A DNA stretch of 41,219 bases, taken from a virus. Taxonomy: Duplodnaviria; Caudoviricetes. The notes beneath the pieces are model-generated. The model had not been told where the DNA came from, did not search any database, and saw nothing but the letters and a program-made list of their open reading frames with translations. The stretch lies in the IMG/VR virus record IMGVR_UViG_3300020045_002325, positions 1 through 41,219 of that record; one strand, given 5' to 3'. The translations under genes and the position numbers were made by a program. Position 1 is the stretch's first letter. Every line of letters begins with the position of its first letter. Positions 18,928 through 27,388 of the stretch are shown here, piece after piece.

Positions 18928-19254
18928 ATGTCAGCTTACATTATGCACGATACAGATTTATACGCTCTCGCTTTGTACTGCGCTCCAAGCCCAGAATTAG
19001 CGCAGGAATTAGCCAATGCTTTAAAGCGGGTTAATATCAAGAGCGTGAATTACAGGTACAGGGATAAAACTAGAGTAACGAAATGCAAGCCATTGGACAA
19101 TATAACTTTTAATAAAATACAGGATAAACCCTATATTAAGAGTTTAATACAGTGCTGGGGTTATCAATCATGCGAGGATGTATTTAATCTCGAGTTTCAT
19201 ACGCTGGAAGGTTTCTTGCTGAACTCAATTACACCGAAATCAGAAGTTTATTGA
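18928..19254 (+). CDS. conserved hypothetical phage protein
   Basis: MSAY...N.KSVNYRY...YQSCE motif. Confidence 0.7.
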   Translation: MSAYIMHDTDLYALALYCAPSPELAQELANALKRVNIKSVNYRYRDKTRVTKCKPLDNITFNKIQDKPYIKSLIQCWGYQSCEDVFNLEFHTLEGFLLNSITPKSEVY

Positions 19255-19261
19255 GGTTATT

Positions 19262-19468
19262 ATGTATTTCATTTTCGACTGTCAAGGGAATATTGTAGGT
19301 AATCCTAAGGGCTACCGGACAACCACAAAGGCTGTCACTCAGCAGAACATGCACGGTAGTGCAGCTAATACTGCAATATGGTTAGCTTATTCTATGACTC
19401 ATAATGACAGTAGGTTTTATGGGCCGGGCTTTTGGGCGTTATCAAGTATCCGTTTTATTAAAGCTTAA
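19262..19468 (+). CDS. hypothetical protein
   Basis: 68 aa; GAGG RBS. Confidence 0.55.
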   Translation: MYFIFDCQGNIVGNPKGYRTTTKAVTQQNMHGSAANTAIWLAYSMTHNDSRFYGPGFWALSSIRFIKA

Positions 19469-19491
19469 CATTTCTTTTTACTGTAATCATT

Positions 19492-20364
19492 ATGTCAATC
19501 ACTAAAACCAAAGCCACTAAGCCTAGTAACGTCATCATGTATGAAGGCCCGAGCTTAATCGACGGCTCACCAATCGTAGTCATCCTGACGGGTTTAACAG
19601 GCGGATCACAGAACGATAAAACAGGGGCTATGCTGCAAACTTGGATCCTGCGCGGAGATAACGTCAACCCAATAGAGGCAAGCCGCCTAGGGCTCGACCG
19701 TGGCATCTGCGGAGATTGTCCACATAAGGGAACACCTAATTTAACCAAATCTACGGGATGGGCAGATAATCGGAGTTGTTACGTTAACCTCCTGTTTGCT
19801 CCATCACAGATATATAAAAGCTATAAACGTGGTTCTTACAAGCGCATCACCAGAGATCAAATAAGCGCAGTCGGTGCCAGTAAGACCGTGCGATTGGGCT
19901 CATACGGTGATCCGGCCGCTTGCCCCCAATTCATTTGGGATGCGTTACTATCAGAAGCTAAGGGCTGGACCGGGTACTCACATGCAAGCGGAATCAAGGG
20001 TTTAGACGGCAAGACAATCAAGGTTGACCCTGCATTGATGATCTCAGCAGATAGCAAGCATCAAGCGCAATATACACAGTCGCTTTTAAAGCGTAGAACG
20101 TTCAGGGTTATCGATGTTAAAACATGGCAAGAACAAGGGAAGAAAGCATTGCTTAAAACTGAGATACTATGCCCAGCGTCAACCGAAGGGTTCAGGGAGG
20201 GTGTAACGTGCTCAAGCTGTGGACTATGTAACGGCGTGAACGTTGATAACCAACGTAAGAGCAGCGCAGGTATCAATGCAGGATCAATACCAGTGACTAT
20301 GCGCAAGTCAATTGCTATCGTCGCGCACGGTACTTCTAAGGCTAGCTTTAAAGGTAAGGTGTAA
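19492..20364 (+). CDS. Cys-rich putative metal/Fe-S-binding phage protein
   Basis: N.KTG.M, CGDCPH, CYV, RLGSYGDPAA, GYSH, CPA, CSSCGLC. Confidence 0.7.
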   Translation: MSITKTKATKPSNVIMYEGPSLIDGSPIVVILTGLTGGSQNDKTGAMLQTWILRGDNVNPIEASRLGLDRGICGDCPHKGTPNLTKSTGWADNRSCYVNLLFAPSQIYKSYKRGSYKRITRDQISAVGASKTVRLGSYGDPAACPQFIWDALLSEAKGWTGYSHASGIKGLDGKTIKVDPALMISADSKHQAQYTQSLLKRRTFRVIDVKTWQEQGKKALLKTEILCPASTEGFREGVTCSSCGLCNGVNVDNQRKSSAGINAGSIPVTMRKSIAIVAHGTSKASFKGKV

Positions 20365-20517
20365 ACCTATGCTTATAGTAATGTACTTTTTGACCATACC
20401 TTTCACGGTGTATATAGTGCTCGGTGCGATGGTAATAGCATTGCAGATCATAGTATGGTGCCATGATAAGTTCTACGGTCTAGGCCCGTAAAATGACGGT
20501 GTAACGCACGATAAACG

Positions 20518-20540
20518 CCCGCTTTATGCGGGTATTTTTA
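20518..20540 (+). terminator. intrinsic terminator ending the rightward block
   Basis: CCCGC-TTTAT-GCGGG followed by TATTTTT. Confidence 0.65.
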
Positions 20541-21290
20541 CGCCTGTTTATAGCTCAGAATAGTGCTATTGGTTTAATCATTTGATATCGTCGCACAGTG
20601 CATCACACGTATAAACAGCACAATCCACCACATTTCATGCTATCCACGCTATAAACCCACGTTATACCCTCATTCCCGCGCAATAATCCACTATAAAGCG
20701 CAGGTATAGCAGCATAAACACCGCTGAAACGCATGTAAAATCGACGATAAAATGATGCTACAGCGACCGTAGATATTTTGAGCGTTAAACGGAAAGTGAA
20801 ACGGGGCTCGGCACGTTCTGTCTAACCCATGTGCCGGCCAGCAGTTAGCAACCAATGAACTATCAACAATGTAACAAAAGATTAACAACTGATTCCACCA
20901 TTGATATTACACACATGAAACACACGCTACAGCACTGATTAAACGCCACCAAACACACCTAGAACGCACGATAATCAGCACGGAGTACACACGTAGCCAA
21001 CACAACATGAATCGCTTCTAAGGGTGTTTAAATGGGAGTATAACTTAGGTTGTTTGGCTGTATACCGGATGTTTTAATGCACATAAGAAGACCAACCCTT
21101 TGGGCTTTGTTTATAGATATACACAGAACATTGATATTATGTACTTCTATATTTCTAGTAAATGTATTTATTAGCTCTATAAAAATTTCAAATTAGTAAG
21201 ATTAACCATACGCTGACTTTCAAGAGACTTACCTTGGAAGGCTTGTCTTCATGCAGTAGATGGCTTATCGATGTATGAGATATTTATAGG

Positions 21291-21325
21291 CAAAAGAAAA
21301 GACCCAAGGAGTTAACCAAGGGTCT
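21291..21325 (-). terminator. intrinsic terminator of the leftward clpP/phoH operon
   Basis: Minus strand AGACCC...GGGTCT stem followed by TTTCTTTT. Confidence 0.65.
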
Positions 21326-21380
21326 ACTGGAATTTTAAAATTAAGATGTACCTATTAGGTTAGTCTCTTATAGGATTACT

Positions 21381-22259
21381 TTAAGCGGTTGCACTTTGCA
21401 ATTGCGCCCTTGTCTTCTTGACTTTACTACTGAGCTTCGTAGTTGGTGCTTTAACATCAGGCCATACTCCAGTCTCTACAACTGGTACAGCATGAACTTC
21501 ATCTTCGTACTCACCACAACTACAATTATCACAGTCCCCTTCGCATCCTAACTTCTCATCACAATCTTCTTCGTACTCCTTGACTAACTCCTCTCGCTTA
21601 ATCAATCTACTCTGAATCTCTACTGCGTTCAACCACAGCTCCTTACCCTCGATACAAGCTCCGATCTCATCCTCCGTCAAGAACCCCCAGTAGATACCTC
21701 TGAATACTTCAGCACCTGTATCATGCGTGTGGTCAACGAACGCTTTAATATCACTGGATTTACCTGCAGTACCATACCGCACGAAGTGACACAGCATGCT
21801 AGCAAACGGAGATACCTGTACTTCATCGCAACTCAATGCAAGCATACTAGCTGCTGAGTGACATTCTCCATTCATATAAGCAATCGTAGTAGCCTCTGTA
21901 CGTAGGACTGCAGAGAGTAGAGCTGTGAGTCCATTGTAAGCCCCACCGGGTGAATGAATCTCGAATTTGATTAGATCATTCTCTGATGTGTTAGTCAAAC
22001 GTTGAGCTACATGACGGTAGTAGCTAGCTTCTCGAATACGTGTATCAATAGGGATGGTCAAGCATACAGATACTTGCTGTTCTTCGGTGTAGCCAAGGAA
22101 GGACTCTTGTGGTTCTTCTTCGTAGTCCTCTTCGTTTAGTTGAGGAGAACTTGTACTTGCTTTGATAGCATAACCAGAACCCTCTTGATATTTAGTAGAG
22201 TGATATTTGCCTACCTGATATTTACCTGTAGTGTATTTATTTGTATTGTTGAATTTCAT
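21381..22259 (-). CDS. clpP: ClpP-like protease
   Basis: IHSPGG, catalytic SAAS, MLCH, ELWLNA.E; acidic/Cys-rich C-terminal extension. Confidence 0.8.
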   Translation of the reverse strand: MKFNNTNKYTTGKYQVGKYHSTKYQEGSGYAIKASTSSPQLNEEDYEEEPQESFLGYTEEQQVSVCLTIPIDTRIREASYYRHVAQRLTNTSENDLIKFEIHSPGGAYNGLTALLSAVLRTEATTIAYMNGECHSAASMLALSCDEVQVSPFASMLCHFVRYGTAGKSSDIKAFVDHTHDTGAEVFRGIYWGFLTEDEIGACIEGKELWLNAVEIQSRLIKREELVKEYEEDCDEKLGCEGDCDNCSCGEYEDEVHAVPVVETGVWPDVKAPTTKLSSKVKKTRAQLQSATA

Positions 22260-22285
22260 GTATTGTCCTTATTTAAAATACTAGA

Positions 22286-23062
22286 TTATCGGCCAACTTT
22301 GAATTGCTTGTCTGTGTTAGATTTAGAAATAATAGCAGTACCATCCAGATCAGCTTTCATCTCTTCCTCAAAAGCAATAACGAAATCACGGGTAATATCA
22401 CTACGACAGATATCATCACGATTGAACTTAATATTAGCTGTATCTGGGATATTGTATTTCTGTACCAGCTTCTCTAAGTACGTCAATCCATCCATACCGT
22501 TCTTAACATCAGTCTGTAAACCTGAGTTATCACCGCAGAAGATCATCTGTGAATTTGTACCAATACGTGTAGTCAGTGCTTGAATCTCAGGTACAAACAA
22601 GTTCTGTGCCTCATCGACAATTATAATTGAGTCAGACCAACTACGACCACGAATAGTCTCTAATGAACAAATCTCAATACTTCCATTCTTAATATAAATC
22701 TCTGTAGAGGCTTTACCCAAGTAGTCCTCTAAGTAGTCCACCATCTGTTGATAGTAAGGCATCAGTTTAGCCAAGGCATCACCGGGCATAAAGCCAATAG
22801 TACGTCCAACTAATGGTTGGTATGCACGTAGAAGAATGATTTTCTTAACATCACCAAAGAATAACTTACGTGCTGCGTGGTGCACAGAAAGTAAACTTTT
22901 TCCAACTCCAGCGCTCCCGGACGCAACAATGATAGTATTGAACTTCAGTGCATCAAGCATTTCCTTCTGGTGTTCATTCATTGGAAGAAGAACTGGGAAT
23001 TGTACACGAGTGAACTTCTCTTTTTGTACACGATCTGATTGGACTTTTTGATTACGTTTCAT
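22286..23062 (-). CDS. phoH: PhoH-family ATPase
   Basis: GSAGVGKS (Walker A), IGFMPG, RGRSW, IIVDEAQN, TRIG, GD..Q.D, DICRS. Confidence 0.95.
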   Translation of the reverse strand: MKRNQKVQSDRVQKEKFTRVQFPVLLPMNEHQKEMLDALKFNTIIVASGSAGVGKSLLSVHHAARKLFFGDVKKIILLRAYQPLVGRTIGFMPGDALAKLMPYYQQMVDYLEDYLGKASTEIYIKNGSIEICSLETIRGRSWSDSIIIVDEAQNLFVPEIQALTTRIGTNSQMIFCGDNSGLQTDVKNGMDGLTYLEKLVQKYNIPDTANIKFNRDDICRSDITRDFVIAFEEEMKADLDGTAIISKSNTDKQFKVGR

Positions 23063-23128
23063 CTGGGTTCCTTCTTTCTTGGATTAATAAAAATGTACCT
23101 GCGGTTAGACAGGTACGTACTTACTCTG

Positions 23129-23413
23129 TTATTCTACTACCTCATACGTCAGTTCGAAAATATCAGGCTTACATGGGTAACATTCACCTTTTACACCAAT
23201 GATAATCCAGTCTCCGATATTAGCGAACATACGGCCTTCAAGTGTATGAATATACAGACCTTCTTTGTTTACTATATCAACGTACTCTGACCATTTACCT
23301 GAAGAAATATCAGTGTGGTTATCTGTGAATTTAACCACTTCAACTAGATTTAACCCAGTCCACTGAACAGCTTCAATTACTACTGGTTTCTTACGGAATT
23401 TTGTAGCCATCAC
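23129..23413 (-). CDS. conserved phage protein (RKKPV...PCKPDIF family)
   Basis: KFRKKPVVIEAVQW...TLEG...GDWII.GVKGE.YPCKPDIFE.TYE. Confidence 0.8.
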   Translation of the reverse strand: MMATKFRKKPVVIEAVQWTGLNLVEVVKFTDNHTDISSGKWSEYVDIVNKEGLYIHTLEGRMFANIGDWIIIGVKGECYPCKPDIFELTYEVVE

Positions 23414-23700
23414 TTCTCCTTACGTTTGTACTTCGCTTGTACTTCCTTCAATACAGTAGCTTCAACCATGGGTTTATCCTCCTGTACTACCCCACCAAGA
23501 CCAGGAAATGGCTCTTCTGTGGTCTTCACAAGAGTGAATGTAATCATACTACCGAATTGCTGCGGATAGCCTTCATTGCTCTCTAGATCAATCGTATAAC
23601 CCATGATAATTCCATCCTGAGCTTGCTGTAGTGCTTCGGCTAAGCTATATGCCTGTACTTTAATTAAAGCTGGTGTTTGTTCTTTAGTAATCTCTGTCAT
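23410..23700 (-). CDS. hypothetical protein
   Basis: 96 aa; AAGGA RBS. Confidence 0.6.
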   Translation of the reverse strand: MTEITKEQTPALIKVQAYSLAEALQQAQDGIIMGYTIDLESNEGYPQQFGSMITFTLVKTTEEPFPGLGGVVQEDKPMVEATVLKEVQAKYKRKEK

Positions 23701-23803
23701 GTATATTTCCTTTCGTGTATAAATATCTCTTTAAGCGGATATTGTTGCTTTATCTTGTATGAGCTATTGTAACTTACTTTTAACTCAGATCAATTTCCTT
23801 AGT

Positions 23804-24139
23804 CTAAGATAAATCAATTACCTTGTATGCAAGACTTGCAGCGTACAGCACAATAGCTCTACGTGTTTGTTCAAATGGATCATCCCGGAATACAGTCTGA
23901 TTACCTACTGTTGTACCAAAGCCTTTATACTTCGGTGTTTCAATACGCATACCTAGTGTAACAGCTAATCGTAGAGCATCTCCGTCTGAGTCTAGAGGAT
24001 TCCACTTATAGTTCACATCATCCTCTGCATCATAAGCACTGTAATCCTCGTAGAATGAGTCGTAACCCTTGAATACGATACCCTGAGCTTTAGCTGCTAG
24101 TGTGATAAGCTCTAGGTCTTGTTTGGATAGTTCTGGCAT
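23804..24139 (-). CDS. hypothetical phage protein
   Basis: WNPL..DGDALRLAV.L...TRRAIV..AA motif. Confidence 0.7.
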   Translation of the reverse strand: MPELSKQDLELITLAAKAQGIVFKGYDSFYEDYSAYDAEDDVNYKWNPLDSDGDALRLAVTLGMRIETPKYKGFGTTVGNQTVFRDDPFEQTRRAIVLYAASLAYKVIDLS

Positions 24140-24530
24140 GGAGTCCTTTCGTTTATATGTTTAGATTGTAACGTATGTTCTACGTGCGATACAACTTTAG
24201 GTGAACTTTATTTTATTGCACGGTTTACATACATAGTGCTTAAGGTGAGCTAAGAGTCTAGCACTAAAAAGATAAGACAAAGAAGTAAATAACCAAGTAA
24301 GAAATAAATAAAGTACAAACCATAAAAGAGAACACAATAAGTTTAATTTATTCACGCTAGTCTTTACTTTGAATGGAAGGTGTAATGTCTGTTTGTACTT
24401 GGTAGCTTAAGGTTGACCAGACGGTGTTACTTCCATTGAAGCTGTAGATCTTCTGGTTTGTGTTTTACTACTTAGTTCTCTATTCTTTGTGCTAGAGCTT
24501 TAGCTGAACTACAGGTGTACCGGAGTTTGT

Positions 24531-24567
24531 TGTGCGATGCTACCTACGAAGTAGATTGTACTGCACG
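24531..24567 (-). repeat. 37-bp element, copy 2 (inverted relative to 4656-4692)
   Basis: 34/37 identical to copy 1. Confidence 0.85.
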
Positions 24568-24692
24568 TTGCTTGTCTCCCATATATTTTTCTTATTAGGG
24601 ACGGATGCCTGAAAACCTCTGGAGAGCCTTGATTCTATTGGGTTTTTTGGAACTCGTAGAAAAAAGATAATGAGAGCCTTCATTATAATCCT

Positions 24693-25901
24693 TTATTCAT
24701 CTAACCAATCCATGAACAAATCACGCATTCTTTTGCTCAAGAATGTCACTTTCATCGGCAGTCTTTCGCGTATGCAACCTCTAAAAACCCACTGTATTGC
24801 TTGGTTGAGTGCAAAGCTTTCTTCGTTTATTTCAAACCCGTAGCTCAACAAGTAGGACTTTACTGTAACATTGTTGAAGATGTTCATAGCATGAATTGCG
24901 TAAGTCTTGTGTGCTAGTTTATTGGTTGCCCTACAATTACAAGCCACCAAGTTATCTGCAGATACATTGCTACATTTAACCTTAGATAGATTACTCATCG
25001 GTATAGTGTAGTACACCTGTGCGACTGGAACCTTCTGTGTCTTTGGAAGAGATACAAGTAGTTTACGTACATCATCAGGATTGATAGTCTTACGCTCTAT
25101 GTTGGACTCCCACCAAGTAGAAGATAAGTTGAACTTACTTTGTGTGTCAAGGAACTTCTTAACAGATATTGGTTCAACGAACTCAAGAAGCTCTTTTATT
25201 TCAGTTTTATTCTTACTGTTGCCTCTAAGCAACGGAATACTCAAGGATTTAAATCCAATCTTGTGTAAGGATAAAAATGCTTGCATGATCGAACCCCCAA
25301 AGTTATATGTCAACAGAATAAATCTATCAGAGCTAATAATAAGATCAGGTGAAAGGTACGTAACTAACATTGTGCTTGAGTTCTTCTCCCCGTACAGGCA
25401 CCCACGGTCACACAGACGTTTAATATCCCCATACCTTGCGTCATCTGACATACTCTGTTTCAAGAACGCCATCTTACCTAAGTTATCAACATCTTTGCTT
25501 AACATATTTTCAGAGTACAAGAAATCAACATCTTGCTTACTGATCTTAAAGTCATCAATTAAGTTCAACTCTTCATCACATACAATCTGATATTCTTGTA
25601 GCTTGATATAGTCGATGTGCTCCTGTTTGAAGTGTAGTGTTAAAGCGTGCGTACAAGCTATATTCTTACCTTCACGCATGAACTCCAGAATCTGCGGTGC
25701 TAGAGTGCCGTTCTTTGAGTCAGCAATATGAAATGCCATGTTAACCCTATCAGCTTCTTTTTGTACTCTTGTATTTACTTCATCCTTCATTGGTGACAAG
25801 TACAACCAAGGCTTCTCTTGGTGCTTTGCCATGTACTCAAAAATAGAGTATGTCTTTCCGCTACCCGGAAGTGCATCTAGTATCTCGATCTCTTTAGTCA
25901 T
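24693..25901 (-). CDS. SF2 helicase-like protein, possible origin-binding protein
   Basis: N-terminal Walker A DALPGSGKT, Walker B-like IVCDEE, C-terminal QW.FRG.IR (motif VI-like). Confidence 0.7.
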   Translation of the reverse strand: MTKEIEILDALPGSGKTYSIFEYMAKHQEKPWLYLSPMKDEVNTRVQKEADRVNMAFHIADSKNGTLAPQILEFMREGKNIACTHALTLHFKQEHIDYIKLQEYQIVCDEELNLIDDFKISKQDVDFLYSENMLSKDVDNLGKMAFLKQSMSDDARYGDIKRLCDRGCLYGEKNSSTMLVTYLSPDLIISSDRFILLTYNFGGSIMQAFLSLHKIGFKSLSIPLLRGNSKNKTEIKELLEFVEPISVKKFLDTQSKFNLSSTWWESNIERKTINPDDVRKLLVSLPKTQKVPVAQVYYTIPMSNLSKVKCSNVSADNLVACNCRATNKLAHKTYAIHAMNIFNNVTVKSYLLSYGFEINEESFALNQAIQWVFRGCIRERLPMKVTFLSKRMRDLFMDWLDE

Positions 25902-25947
25902 TTTGTTCCTTTAGTTAAGCCCACATTCTACACTTCTTTTCTGTACA

Positions 25948-25976
25948 TTGTACTTGCTTTATAAATATGTTACAAT
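25948..25976 (+). promoter_or_regulatory. sigma70-type promoter
   Basis: TTGTAC-17 bp-TACAAT with extended TG. Confidence 0.55.
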
Positions 25977-26008
25977 CACTTATACCACAATTACACCGCA
26001 AGGACTGC

Positions 26009-26554
26009 ATGAATTCTACACAAACTACACCTCCAGACTCAACCCCACGTCTCCTCTACAGTTCAACCTTCCCTAACATCGCCTACGATCTCTTGAATGG
26101 CACCTTCTGGCGCATTGATCGTAAAACCAAGGCTACCACTAGGGAATTACCTCTGGACGATTCTAGCAGGGTTGTATGCCGGTCCAGTATCACTGGTAAG
26201 AATACGAATAGAAAAGGAGCAATCCTAGCGTGGGAGATGATTAACAGGAGAGAGCTTCCGGTGGATCATGTGGTGTACTTCAAGGATATGAATGATGATA
26301 ATCTACGCGGGTATAACCTAGGGTGCTGCACCAAAGCTGAATGGAGCTTAATCAAGGATGCTACCGCGAATCTAAGCGGGTATGCTAAGTTAGTACCGCA
26401 TCGGACTGAGGTTTATTCGTACAAGGTACGGTACAAGCAGGGAGGGTTCAGCACCCATCAGAGCTTTCATGATATTACTGCTGCTAAAGCCTTCCTTAGA
26501 ATGCTAGTTTGTACGAGTACAGTGTTGTTGAATAAGTATATAGTGAGCGCATAG
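26009..26554 (+). CDS. HNH-endonuclease-like protein, degenerate active site
   Basis: 'LAWEM...LP...VYFKDMNDDNLRGYNL' matches HNH spacing but lacks the His; start ATG 26009 behind AAGGA. Confidence 0.6.
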   Translation: MNSTQTTPPDSTPRLLYSSTFPNIAYDLLNGTFWRIDRKTKATTRELPLDDSSRVVCRSSITGKNTNRKGAILAWEMINRRELPVDHVVYFKDMNDDNLRGYNLGCCTKAEWSLIKDATANLSGYAKLVPHRTEVYSYKVRYKQGGFSTHQSFHDITAAKAFLRMLVCTSTVLLNKYIVSA

Positions 26555-26600
26555 CGCGAACGGGTTACATTGTGTCTGCTTGAGTACATAGTTCCTAAGC

Positions 26601-26629
26601 TTGACTTAATTACCAGCGTACGATAAACT
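26601..26629 (+). promoter_or_regulatory. sigma70-type promoter for the ncRNA cluster
   Basis: TTGACT-17 bp-TAAACT. Confidence 0.6.
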
Positions 26630-26635
26630 GCCGAC

Positions 26636-26915
26636 TAATTCAACGAACAATACCGTAGGTTTGAACTACAGTACATCCTGACGTAAGAACAAGTATTAAG
26701 CGCTTGTTGACTGCTGTGGAATAATTGCCAGCTAACGCCGACATACGTACCTAGTATTTATCCTACGGTCAATCGCTTGTGGTCTTCTGTTGTGTACTTA
26801 TGTAATGTATCCACAGCAGAATCCGGCAAGGCTAGACCCGTTACTAGCACATTTCAATACTTCAGATTACACCGAGTCCGTAGCTGAATCCTTCGGATAC
26901 GCCTGTAGTCATGCT
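26636..26915 (+). ncRNA. candidate large structured RNA
   Basis: About 320 nt between promoter and first credible start; long-range complementarity including a perfect 10-bp pair, 26711-26720/26810-26819. Confidence 0.4.
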
Positions 26916-26957
26916 CCAATACCACAACCTAATAAGAAGAACAAAGGACTCAAACCA

Positions 26958-27191
26958 ATGCAATGCGTAATCTGTCGAGCTACCTTCCGTCTAACAGCCT
27001 ATAACCGTACAGACACCTGCCAGATGTGCCAAGTTAACACACCTCAAGAACCTCAAGATGATGAGGATTTAGAGCTGGAGTATAACCTCATGACTACTCA
27101 GGGTAGGACATTAGCTGTGTTTGATTCTGATGTGTATAGCTCCTGCTCAGATATAGGAAATGATTATGAGGATTATGGACACGGCCTTTAG
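26958..27191 (+). CDS. small Zn-finger plus acidic-tail protein
   Basis: MQCVIC...CQMC; ATG 26958 behind AAGGA. Confidence 0.6.
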   Translation: MQCVICRATFRLTAYNRTDTCQMCQVNTPQEPQDDEDLELEYNLMTTQGRTLAVFDSDVYSSCSDIGNDYEDYGHGL

Positions 27192-27264
27192 GCTGAGGCC
27201 TCTATGGGCATGGTCTGTGAAACAGCTATGCCTTTACGGGCACGGACTTTGAGGTTATAACTCA

Positions 27265-27335
27265 CGTACATTAGAGAAGGTATCTCGTTAAGCACATAGC
27301 TTAAAGATCACTGGTTTAAATTCCAGTATGTACGT
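27265..27335 (+). tRNA. atypical tRNA-like gene, anticodon CAT (Met/Ile2-like), possibly pseudo
   Basis: Acceptor CGTACAT/ATGTACG, D stem GAGA/TCTC, anticodon stem TTAAG/CTTAA with loop CACATAG, T stem ACTGG/CCAGT; A at position 33, 8-nt T loop, no encoded CCA. Confidence 0.6.
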
Positions 27336-27388
27336 GGGCATCTTCACTTACTATACTACTTATGCTTAATCTGTAGTATAATGCAGAT

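Noticed and set aside
23129-23413. Possible anti-defence nucleotide-sponge identity for the RKKPV-family protein
   Set aside because: I cannot match it confidently to Tad1, Tad2 or Acb2 from sequence; a profile or structure search is needed
22140-25590. Plus-strand ORFs 22140-22583, 22836-23051, 23039-23290 and 25081-25590
   Set aside because: Antisense shadows of clpP-like, phoH and helicase-like genes, with no RBS or motifs
26790-26957. N-terminal extension of the 133-aa ORF from TTG 26790
   Set aside because: No RBS at 26790; a good RBS and Zn-finger start lie at ATG 26958, so the upstream part is treated as non-coding
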